A stretch of 58,362 bases of DNA, filler included, from Sphacelaria rigidula (taxonomy: Eukaryota), in assembly GCA_964200075.2 (NCBI GenBank). It is 5 parts of 5 records of this genome, joined end to end, with 100 filler letters (N's around TTAATTAATTAA, not from the genome) between each part and the next. Parts side by side here need not be neighbours in the genome. Positions count along the whole stretch, not along the records: positions 1 to 11,593 come from CAXNAA020004735.1; 4 more parts are not named here. One strand, 5' to 3'. Made by a program: the position numbers and the translations under genes. The notes below the pieces were generated by a model, which saw only the letters and a list, made by a program, of their open reading frames with translations, was not told the origin of the DNA and did no database searches. Positions 1 to 11,693 of the stretch are shown here, one piece after another. Numbering within the stretch: position 1 is the first letter of the stretch; each line of letters opens with the position of its first letter.

Positions 1-3000
1 CATGCATGATCATGAGTACCCCCCCCCCCCTCCTCCCTCTCTGTCCCCCCCCGAAAAAAAGTGCCACAAAATCACTTTTGCAAAAGTGATCTTGTGTTCA
101 GAGAGGTTCCACGGTAGGGGTGCACATTTTTTTCTTCAGGCTCTTGAGGAGCCTCTCCATGGCAAACATCTGAGCCTTAGTGTGCAGCCTCAGAAAAATT
201 CTGAGCTCAACATTGCACCCCTGCGGTAGACTTCCTCTACACCTTGAACGGGAACAAAAAATGCCCGTTGACAGGGGCACATGCAAAGGCTTGGTCCACA
301 ACCCAACACATTCAGGTCAAACCTGAGGAGCGCATTGCCCCCGCGATTCAAAAACACACCGCTCGAGCCGTAGCGGTTCATAAACTGAGCACATTGTGCG
401 TGATCTTGCTCAAATCTGTTGAGAATTCAATAGAAAATCGACAATTTGTGTGAGACATACGCTCACACGGAACACGCGCATTAACCGTGAGCAACGGTAC
501 GTTTTCGGTTGTAATTTGACACGCACGCGGCCGGATTTCCGCCAAACAAAGACTGCCATGTATAGATGAGCAAGGGCTACCGCCAGAGCTACTGCGCGTG
601 AGTGGTGGGTGAACGTGGATAATTTTTCGGGGCTCGCTGTATAGGTTGTACGTTTCCTTGTTGCGTTCTGTCTGCACCACTGCACATATGTTGGACTAAC
701 GACCGCTTCCAGAAACGTCGCATCTCTGAACCTTTGTGCAGATATGGGCTTCGATCCGGACAAAAACCGCATCTAGATAAGACTCAAACTGGTTGTTGTG
801 GGGGCCATCATTTCTAAAAAGTGTTTTTTGTGAAGGAGTGATGAATCATCTTCCATAAGATCAATTCCTCAGGATCCCGGTTACTCGAATTCACGGCGGA
901 AATTCGGACACGCAGCTCCGGAACCGCGAAATGAAGCGAGCCATTATTAACACACGACAAAAGAGGGATGCTACGGTAGGGGTGCACAATGATTTTCTGA
1001 GGTTGGAATTGTCCGGAGTCCTTCATCTCATCCAAAACACGACTCATGAAATATGTTAGAGTACGCCAGGATTACTATTCCAATGTGCGAGGGATATCCC
1101 GAATGTATTTTCAAAATGGGCATGCCCTCATCCACATTCTTGTGCATCTAGAATCGTGAGGAGCCTCTGAACCAGACAAGATATAGCGCAAAAAAATGCA
1201 CCCCTACTGTAGCATTGCTTAATATTATATATTTTTCTCTTTCTTCGTCTGGAGATTTTTGTCCACCCGCCAATGAACCACCAGAGGGCGTCCTCAATCG
1301 TTCCAGCGCCCGCTGCGTACTGCGGTTCCTGACAGTGTCGTGGGAGGATGACGATATCATAGACGGGGAATATCACAGCAGGACACTCGGGCGCTAAAAC
1401 GAGTGGGACGAATCATCGCTGCTTCGAATCACCACATCTTCGAAATCCAAGGACTGGTTTCATGCGGAAAAAAAAAAGTCGACCTCGGATCAAAAACGTT
1501 TCTAGGCAAATTATGCGCTATTTTACGCACTGTGTGAGCATACGTGGGGTGAACGCTGAAGGCAAAGCCCAAGGATTGATTTGTACCGTACGAATTACAT
1601 TTGAACACTCAGCTGATGTCCTGTTATCCATGACGCCGCAGCAACTATCATCATCATTTTGTTCTTTGATAAATTGCCTTAACGAAGTGCTCCAGGAAAA
1701 AAACGAGTCATTCTGCGATTCCCGGTGTTATCGAGCAGAGAACTCATCGCCGCCTACGTTTGTGGTATCCTGCTCTACAACAAAAGAAATATTTTCGATG
1801 TTGAACTGCTGCGGATTACATCTGTTGTTTCGTGTGCTCAGCATTTCAAGTTGGGTTTCTTGCGAATTCGGCTCTGGAGGCGTTCGCGACCTGTACGCTC
1901 CTATTTGCATACCCCACCTGCAAATAGGTCGCGCCGGTCCGGACCCTGGTGTTTACAAAAAAGCGTTTTCTTTTCCGCCAAAACAAGTATTCCGAACCCC
2001 CGACGAAGAAGAGAAAAAAAAGCGGCCCGCTGGCGCATGGGCGCTGAAGGGGTTGTCAAGTAAGGGTGAAATACCGTCATCTGGGCGCTTGTCGATTGAC
2101 ACTGTATCCACCCTAGAGGTCCAGGACAAGCTGTATCTTTGCCAGTCCATTGGCGTGAAAACAGCCTGGAGCATGAGCATGACTAAGGGCGTTGAGCATG
2201 GAAGGACAATTCGGCCAACAGGGCATCGAAACTTCGAGGAGCTTTACTATTAATAACAGGCTGGCTAAACCGGCTGCGGGCTGCGTGGTCCATGAACGAT
2301 TTTGAAACAGTGACGCTTGACATGAATGGCGCATGATAGTGTATGACCTCTTACAGTTTTGTAGAGCGGAAAATGGTCGTACTCCGGTGAAACAGATCAA
2401 TCACGACGCCGTGACTTCGGACCCCCAGCGCTCACGCGCTGAGGAACGTACGGAGGTGGAGCTTCACGGGAGTGCAGATGGATAGTGCATGAAGGCTTAG
2501 GTGCAAGGGCGAGTGATCTTAGTCCGTTACTGATGGAAATAACAGCAAGTGCGCTCGCTCCTTCAGTGTCGCCGCGCCTTTTTTGCCACAGCAAAGCGAC
2601 ACTCACAGCGAACCATGAAGAACAACCAAGACACAACAGCAAGCATCATGTACAGCACTAAATCATCGAAAAGGTTTCACCTGAATCCGTTAGTGTGCCT
2701 AAAATAACAAGCCATGTGCGCACGGACCACTTTTGAATCCCACAGTAGAGCTCTATATTCATGCTTGAACCCTGTAAAACCGGCGCACCTGCATGCTCTG
2801 ACTTCTTGCTGTGTACGAACGGCTTGCTTGTCTGTATTGTATTCTGACGTGCTGTACCACTTCGTGTCTGCTCCGTAATGCTCTGTGCTTTCTTTCTGCC
2901 GTCTGTTGACTACGTAACTCGAAGAAAATGAATGACGGAAGGTATATCACACTTCCTTCATGTCACATCGGGTCCTATCCGTTGATTGTGCTGTGCTGAC

Positions 3001-3224
3001 GGTCCACCCTCACGCGAAAACGTCTTGAAATGAGTATATGACGTCGTTTAGTTGTGTCTACTCAGCCAATGTACGGGTTCGTCACACGAGGATATCTTTG
3101 GAGCATCGACGTTATTCAAACGCCTTTTTTTTATCTTAACAATATTTGAGATGTGAACCACGTTCTTGATCGGAAACCAGATGGTTCAAGGTCTGCATCA
3201 AAAACGTGCGTACATCTGGAAATG

Positions 3225-4719
3225 GTCTTATGTATATCATTCGTATGTTTCACGATGGCATGCGACCTCGGGTACAGCTGGACGGTGGCAAACAAGCAGC
3301 GTGGTTCCACGCCTGCCACGGACTCAGACAAAGGTACGTTTCGTCCCCCCTATTGTTAAAATTTTCGGCGCAGTATTGGTCGACGTGATCACACAGTAAT
3401 TCGCGGCGGACCCAGCCATCATGTCAGACTTGGTATGTCTTGACTATGCGCCACGCGGTAACGACGGTGAAATTCTGGAAGAAACGCCCCTGGAGAAGGT
3501 ATGACGCGCGGAGTGGGCAACGCTTCATGTGGATGGCGATGGCATACTCTCGAGGTCCCCAACCGGAGTTGCTAGAATGATGGCCGAGGTAGTGGTAGCG
3601 TGCCAGGAATTCGGTTTGGCGGTATCAGAGAGTAAGACAGACTCCATGCGCCCGTGGTCGGTATCCAGTTCCGCAGGAACCACTCTGTACATCAGCGCGC
3701 CCGGTAAAAGGTATAAGCAGACGACCGTTTCTGTTTACCTTGTTGATGCTATGGGCGCGGATGCGAACATTTATATCGAAATTGACGGCCGCATCAATGC
3801 TGTGTGGGCACGCCTCCGAAAATATTTCCTTCAGCTTTACGATCGCCTAAACGCCCAGCTATCTATGCAAGTCCAGCTACTTGAAGCGGAGGTGGTGGAA
3901 GCTCTGTTATACGGATGTGCGACATGGACTTTGCGTTTCGAGGACTTCGACAGCATGCACATTGCCCACCACAAGCTCATGGTTGCAAGGGGCTGATTCG
4001 GCAGGAAAGACCGAACGGGCCACAAGGCATTTTCGTATACAATAGAGCTATGCTCGAGATCACCAGCTGCGACCGTATTGCTACGACCATCCGCAAGCGT
4101 CAACTCTGGTTCGCGGGGGCCCTTGTCCGGCAGGACGAAACACGTGTCCCAAAACGCATCATGCACGGATGATTAGCCGCACAAGGGTCCAAGGAGACGG
4201 GATGCTCTTCCACTGGGGGGGCAACCTTCAGGAGAACCTACGTGCACTAGGGGCTCTTCCACGCAAAGGCGCGCGACAAGAATGTTTGTCTTCGTGGAGG
4301 TTAACGACGCACGCAGTAGAGTCACTGCGGCGAAGAACATAAGGCAGATGACATCTTGGAGTCGAGACAGGGGCGGAAGAGTTCGAGGACACGTGGGGAC
4401 GCGAATACAAACGAGAATCGGCGCTTCGCCACAAACGAGCGGCTACTGCGTCGAGACCCACCAGTCGCGAAGCTTCCACCGCTGCCACAACAACAGCAAC
4501 AGCTTGCGAGGAATCCCGGATGGAATTGACCGAGAGAGTGGCCCGCTGTGTACCCGATCAGGAATGAATGAGGGAAGCTGGGCTAACACGGAAACTCATG
4601 AACCCCTGTCTTTTTCTATATAATATTGATTTTGTCCTCGTTAGGTGGTCTTGCGGTGGTTCCGTGGTCTGTGTGTTTGTGCCTGCCCTACAGTACTGTC
4701 CTCGGGCTAAATCAAATCT
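3225..4719 (+). mobile_element. 5'-truncated, degenerate non-LTR retrotransposon (LINE, RTE-like clade): C-terminal reverse transcriptase and 3' UTR
   Basis: Spread over several frames with stops: IIRMFHDGMRPRVQLDGG..WFHACHGLRQRYVSSPLL (RT 'GxRQG..SPLLF'), LHVDGDG (decayed YADD), FGLAVSESKT, EALLYGCATWTL, IRKRQLWFAGALVRQDETRVPKRIMHG (RTE C-terminal 'RLRWxGH..R..R.PK'). Ends in AAATCAAATC at ~4709-4718, a possible short-repeat tail. Confidence 0.85.
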
Positions 4720-4981
4720 GTCGTCTAGTTCTGTGTCCTCTCCTTCTCTCCCCGTCTCCCTCTCTCCTATGTGTTCTTTCCTCCGGGTGTATGCAAGTCG
4801 CACTTAGTGCCCAACCTTCGTAGGGTTCATGAGTGAGAGTTCATACCGGAAGCAGTGCGGCCAAAATAGAGGAGTTGCCATCCATTCCTCCTGTTTCATG
4901 TTTTTCCTTCTACATGATACGAATGCGTGTGCTATCGCACAAGATCTTTTCGACCTGAAGCCATGTTGCAGAGACCGGTCA

Positions 4982-5468
4982 TGTAGGCCAACTCTAATGG
5001 GAGCCGTTCAAAATTCCTGTCGAAAACTGCCTATTGGGCCCTTCTCCGCCGATTTACGCCCGAAAAGAGGGCTAGGCGGATGTTGACGCCTTGGAATGAC
5101 TTGCTCCACTCGTTGAGACCGTTATGGGGCAACTTTGCATTTCCCGCTGGCCGCACTTTTGTTTTTGGCGAAATCAGGCCAAACACGGATTATCAGTAAA
5201 AAACCGCCAGGTGAGCAAAATTTCCCCCTGCTCTTTTATTGCTTGACCGCTTTTCATTGAAGATCCGTGTTTGGCCAAAAATAAAAGTGCGGCCAGCGGG
5301 AAATGCAACGTTGCCCTGGAACGGAGCGGTCTTGCTGAGTAGAGGAAGTCGTTCCGAGGCGTTGACATCCGCCTAGCCCTCTTTCCAGGCGTAAAACGAC
5401 GAAGAAGGGCCAAGAAGGCAGTTTTGAACATAATTTTTCAACGACTACCATTAGAGTCGGTCTTTACA
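4982..5468. mobile_element. Foldback/MITE with ~190-bp imperfect terminal inverted repeats, TGT...ACA ends
   Basis: 4982-~5175 is the reverse complement of ~5268-5468 (e.g. TTGCATTTCCCGCTGGCCGCACTTTT vs AAAAGTGCGGCCAGCGGGAAATGCAA; AGAGGGCTAGGCGGATGT vs ACATCCGCCTAGCCCTCT). Flanks GTCA / GTTA are a possible 4-bp TSD with one mismatch. Confidence 0.75.
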
Positions 5469-8400
5469 GTTATTTTTCTTGTCTCGTTTTTTTCAGTCTA
5501 CTCTGGTTATCTGTTGCACCTTTCTGTTTCCTTCATTTTTCTTGAGCGAGTGTTCCCGTTTTGGTCATCTCTTGGTGATCAATGAATGGGCGATAAATAT
5601 ACCAATCGCATCAGAACACGCTCCCGTTTGCTCGGTTCATCTGATGAATGCCAACAAAGGGTGGAGTCGTTATTGTCAACTCATGAGCATAAACTCAGCT
5701 TGCGGCTACCCAGCTTGCGGCTACCCAGCTTGCTCCCATTTGTCACGGTTTTCCCGTACGGGCTGTCTACAATGTGTCATAATCCAGAGCCTCGTCCGAA
5801 GATCACATCCAGTCCGCAAATGTGGATGGAATCCTGCGAAAATTTCATCAATGCACGAAGATGAGTAGACGTGCTCACACAGGCCTACATTCCGTTCCGG
5901 GGTCGCTTACCACCGCAGTTCTGACTCTTACAATACGAAATATTGGCATAGAATGAGGGTCATGCTGCAGCCAAATCAGCTAGCATCGAAAGCGGGGCCT
6001 TGTATCGCGAGACAGGTCATGTATTACCGCAAACAATGTACGAAGCAATACATACAGCCTGCTCTGAGACATCGCAGAAATGTGTGCCGGTGTACAGTAG
6101 AGTGAAGCACGCCTTCCAAGCTAGCAGATACCCAAACAATCAAGCCTCGCTGACAGCAGCCACCGTGCACAGCACGCTTCGGTGGTGTAACAATACCCTC
6201 CCTGTCCGGGCCACAGTGCGAACAACGGGAACACCGCATCTCATGTGCCTACATAGAAGCAACATACCTCTCCTCTCGATCGTTCTGCTAGCAGGACTAC
6301 GCCAATTAAAAGCAGCACAGGAAGACATAAAGTCGGCACATTAGCCGCACACCACACCCTGCAGCGCCGAGGTCTACCCCTCCGTCTCCTTCGATAACCG
6401 ATCGTCATCATGTAATAATCCTGATTGAACTGCGCAAGGATGCTTGTATATATTCGACTCTATGCTGCATCAGTTCCCGTAAGTGGGATGACCGAAACAG
6501 ATAAATGTACAGTGGTACCCCAGTCCATAGTATCATCATGGTGCAGTGTTGATTTCTTTGATAAAAAAAAAATAGTAGAATAGTCAAGTTTCGGACCAGG
6601 TAGTAGTAGTAACGACATAGATGCTGGGTGCAATTTTAGCTTACTTCCACGTTGAAGGGGGGGTGCTATTTTCCAAACGGTATTTTTCGGAATAATTTTA
6701 CAGTGGTGACACAACCTGCAACATCAGAGCATCAAGCTAGAAGTTATCCGCTAGGAATTGTGATGCTACGTTCACGGCTGGGCGACACACTACGGACGAC
6801 ATCATATGTGGGTGCAATAATTTCCCGGCTTCAGTTGCGCAGCCGGAAGCTGTCCCATGTTGCAGCTGTCCTGAAGAACAGAGCTGTGATCGAGATCAGG
6901 TATAAGATAAGTTGGACAGTAGTAGTAGTAGATGGCGGGGTATAACACCCGCCTACGATGGCGGTGACAGGGGTTGTCAATCTTGATACTCTCGAAAGCC
7001 ATTTATGGTGGTGACGCTAACGTGCAGCCGTGCCCGCTCGCTTGTAGCCACACCCGCTCATGACCACGTCCGCCGACATTTGTGTCCATTGGAATGACTT
7101 TTCTCGTCGAGAATTTTTCGTTATACTGTACAGTATCTGAAATCTCTCGGAGAGTGCGTCACGTTGCAAGCGAGCCTCACAGTGCAGTATGCCCAGGGAT
7201 CCATGATGCATTACTGAAGGACGACCGATGCCAAATAGTGGGCATTGCGCCCAAAACGAGCCGCCTGGAAACGACCTGTCTGCGTCAGGAAAAGTTGGTG
7301 TGGGTTGATGACACGGTTTGTTCTGAATATCAACGTGCGAGTAGGGAAACAAATTGGAACTACAAAAACACTCGTGTAATACAAAGTCAGTCAGGTAGGG
7401 GGTGTTATCGCCCGTAATGAATAGTGCAAGTACTGTACACAAGAGAATATGACCCGTGCAGGTGGTGCATCGCGCAGGAAGGCGGATGCGCTTGTACTAA
7501 ACACTCACTGCGAAGTAACACGTGGCAATGGATAGGAAAGTGCTGGATTGTCTGTATTCTATTTTGCTTCTGTCTATACCCCGTGTTGCGGGGAGTTTTC
7601 AAATCACAGGACAGTGTGTGCCAAAAGAGCCAGCGCGACAAGTGCCCGCAGTTCCGTTTTCTCTTGTAATACAGGTAATCTGTCTGTACTGGCTGTACTG
7701 TACTGTCGTCATGAGTACTGTCCTATCCTGTACTGCTCACGATCCGAGTAGAACGAGTACGTGTTGGTGTCGGTGCATTTTTCTTCAAGCTTTGTTCGAT
7801 GTTACTGCCCGTGATATATACAGGCTGGTTCAGGGTGAATGCCGAAAATTTATTCCCCACTATATACAGAACGCAAACCTGACCCGATGTAAACATATTC
7901 GGCATCATCGTGACCCCCACGAGCAAGGGAACAGTGCGACATGGCCAGATTCTTTCTTGCGCCCTCTGGCGTGGCCCTATTAGTGAAAATATTTCTCGGC
8001 CAATCAGTGGCCTTCAAATGGTTCTGAAACTCAAATGCGAGTTCCCGACTCAAGTTGTACCCAGTCTCATCCCAAATCGAGCCTCAGTAATCTTCATCAG
8101 CGAGGGCATCTAACGCAAAAAAACATAGTTGAAAACGGTTCACGGTTCGGGGGAATAATCGCCTGTTCGAATTACTACTGTAATGCTAAATCCACGATTT
8201 CTCAGGCGTGATTGCTCGAGCTAGGGGGAAAAGTTGACCGCTGGTCGGAAAAGTCTCCACACATTTTTTTCGCCATCCCACGCCCCTGGGCTGCGCGTAC
8301 CTGGGTTGCAACGCTGAAAACAAAGCTAAAGGATTGATTCGTACGGTATGAATCGATCACACTAATATCAAGGAATTTCCAGACGAATCATTGATTCGTC

Positions 8401-11400
8401 CGACTCTTGAAATGATTTGTGTGGGATCTTTATGCCCCAAAACGTGATATTTCGGGAGTGTAGGGTTTTATCGTCGTGGATTTCCACTGATGATATGCAT
8501 CGAAGACCCGAAAGGCCTCTTGTCATTTTTCCTTGTAATTTCCGTAGAAAAGCTTCCATCATCCTAAAACTTGGCAGTTTGGTGGATATGGGTGCTACGA
8601 ATGGAAAAAAAAACGTTGAAGAATATTTCGATATTTGTCCGCTCCCTACCAGCTTCCGGGGGTCCCAGCGTGAAGACCTGTAGAACTCGGTACAGATTGC
8701 TTCACAATTAAAAAATCAAGGTTGACTTGTCCCGAGGTAGTCGAAGTAACGTTTGTACAAAGTTTCGTTGCGTACCTCGAGAAGCTGATCCCAAACGATC
8801 GATTCAAGCTTCAAGCCCACAAGGAAAACGTCGGTGGCATACTCTTATCGAGTAATTAGGGGGGTTCCGCGTACATCTGTATACTTCAACGCACCAACGG
8901 TCAATTGCTCACGCCGTTTTTTGGAGTAATTCCAGGGTCTAACTTAAAAAACAGCATGGACAATCACTGGGGAGTAAATTCCGGTCGTGAACTTTGGACA
9001 TGTGCTCCGCACTTGGCGGTGCTTCCAGAGCACGTACAGTACGTACGTTACACACCACTGCATCAGAATCCCGCCGAGTGATGAGCTTTCGAGCCTCGAA
9101 AACTCATCACTAGAGGAGGTTACTCGGAGGGGGGGGTTGTCTACAACGTATCCTGATGACCCAACTCTAGGTGACCCATGTCTCCTTCAATAGCTGAAAC
9201 CGTATCAACCTGGGGGGTGTTGTACAACGTACTGAGGGTACAGCACCGCTGTTGCTATACTTTTGTATGTATCCTACGGCGTTGGTCGCCCCACGCTCAA
9301 ATGGTGATTAGATGTGTGAACCATGGGGTCTGGATAGCGCTGAAATAGAAAACAGTGCCGCGCAATGTATTGCATGCTTGTCCAGCGCCAGCTGCGACCG
9401 GATCCGGCTTTGGAACTCCATCCGTACGTTTCTATGTCGCGAACGCTTTTCACCATCTTCCAACTTTTCTGATATTTCATGCGGGTACAAAACTTATCTT
9501 CTTCGTTTTTTGTGATCGTCTCGAACCTTGCGAAGACGGATTCCTCACATGGACCCTAGCCAGATGAACACCTAAAAAAAATGTGAAAAACAGAGGCTTT
9601 CCCCATGTTGGAAATGCTGAGTGAAAGGTCCGAGATTCCGGGTTGGGCCATGACATAGAAGAAGTGTACCTTCTCGTTTTTTGCCCAAGAAATGTACGAT
9701 TAATGGCCAAAGAGTGACGTGCGCCCAACGAAAACACTCGCGGAACACAACCATCATGTCTATCGCACCCACCCATCACGTCTATCGGGTCCGTGCACAG
9801 CAATCACCGACGGCCAGCGAGAAGTCCGGATTGTGTCCGCAGAAGATCCTGAAGGGCTGAACGCTATTACTGTTCTGTCCCTATTTCTATATGCGTGACG
9901 GCCAGTACTGTATCCGTTGCTTCGACCAACCATCGAAGATGCGACAACCGCCCGCTCGTGACGGAAGAGCCTAGCTTGACCCTGATACCAGCCCCGAGAT
10001 CGCAACAGTACGGTGTTTCACAACCCCCCGGATCATCATAGACCGACGCGCTGCGAGTTGTGAGTCCAATTATTGTGTCGATGCGGATAGACTCGGGCAC
10101 CATTCCCGGCGAAGAAGGAGCGTGGTCGTTGTGGCGTCCGTGAACGGCAAATGAGCGGGAAAAGAGCTGAAGGTGTAGGCGCTATGGTTGGAATCGGTGC
10201 GCAGACCCCCTTGCGCCCGATGTACCGCATGAGGTACTGTGTAGACAGCGATGGCCTAGCACAGGTACGTTGCGGCCGATCGATGACCCATCTAAGGTAC
10301 GATTGAAGAATAATTCCTGAATTAGGTATACCTGGTAAAGTTTTGGCCTAGAAAGGGGAAGCGGTTTCTGGAGGCGAGGCATCCGTTTTCGCATGGCCGC
10401 ACATCGCGAGTAACATTTGTTTTCCCCGTTTTTTTCGACACCTGGGTGCCAAGCCCCCCCCCGAGTGCTGTGCGTGAAAAATTCGGAGCGAAAACGGTCT
10501 ACACGGCGTGTTTTGCTGTTTTCGCGTTCCTGGCCATTTCTTGTACCTCTCTTGGGCAAAAAACGAGAAGGTATACCCTTTCTATTTCTAGGCGATTGCC
10601 CTTCCAGATTATGCGGAAGAGGCCGTTATCGGGAGTACGTGAGTGATGTGGAAGTACCCTAATTGACGGCGCACCTTGCTCAGGCGGTGCGCTGTTCCTC
10701 TAAGTGAACGAACTTGTTGTCTTTGCCAGCGTGGGGGACTGGCGGGATGAGGGAAGTGTTCTTTCCCCTTGTGAGAGATAAACATACATAGATACATACG
10801 TTGGATTACTATGAAGGCTTGCCTTCCTTGCGATATCACAACCGACCATGTTGTATGTATTTCTTACATCTACAACAACAATGTTAGTAGCGATCACGTT
10901 AATGTCGCGACCCGTGCTCGGCCTTGCATGGAGTCCCTGACCTATTACGCTTGACGAAATGAATGGAAAAACAGAACGCACGGAATGCGATCACTGCAGC
11001 TGTGGAGATTGTGAGATCGATCCTGTATTTTTCTCGACGCGGTGTAACTTCAAGTTCTAGATAATAAACGCAGAACATTCCTAAGAAGCTAGCACAAGCC
11101 ACACACCGCTGTAAGCGGCTGGCTCTCTCTGAGACGATTGCTGTGTTGGTTGTTGTCAATCGAAGCTATACACAGCCCCACAGCACCCACCCGCAAAAGC
11201 TGGCCAATATGTATACGCGTACAGGCAGCGATACATATGTTTCGATGATCCTGACGTTTGCAATAGCAAGAAAGCGCGCGTTCAGCATTCCGATTGTCGG
11301 AAAATCCCGAAGTGTACGCCGTGGTGAGCAGTGATGAGCTGAAATGCGGTGGTTATTAAACAGTACAGTACAGCAGTAGTAGAAATACTGCGGAATCCCG

Positions 11401-11593
11401 CCGCAATCAAGGCCTCGATCTACTCTACAGTTAAAGCGCGGGTACTTTCCCACATGCACCTGGGCCGGCACTCTCCCACATGTACCTGAAGGCCTGTGCT
11501 GACCGGCAGTGCTGTTGGTCATACTGACAAAAAAATGCATCAGATCATTATTACCGAATGTTACGAGAACAACTACATACAGTAGGCAGAAAA

Positions 11594-11693
11594 NNNNNNN
11601 NNNNNNNNNNNNNNNNNNNNNNNNNNNNNNNNNNNNNTTAATTAATTAANNNNNNNNNNNNNNNNNNNNNNNNNNNNNNNNNNNNNNNNNNNN
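11594..11693. other. Assembly gap with artificial TTAATTAATTAA all-frame-stop spacer
   Basis: 100-bp N-run with central TTAATTAATTAA; identical design at three other positions. Confidence 0.97.

Noticed and set aside
1462-2253. 263-aa plus-strand ORF
   Set aside because: No recognisable motif; it overlaps a dispersed repeat and is probably a chance or antisense frame of a decayed element.
11638-11649. TTAATTAATTAA palindrome as a biological motif
   Set aside because: Always centred in exactly 100-bp N gaps; it is a scaffolding linker.
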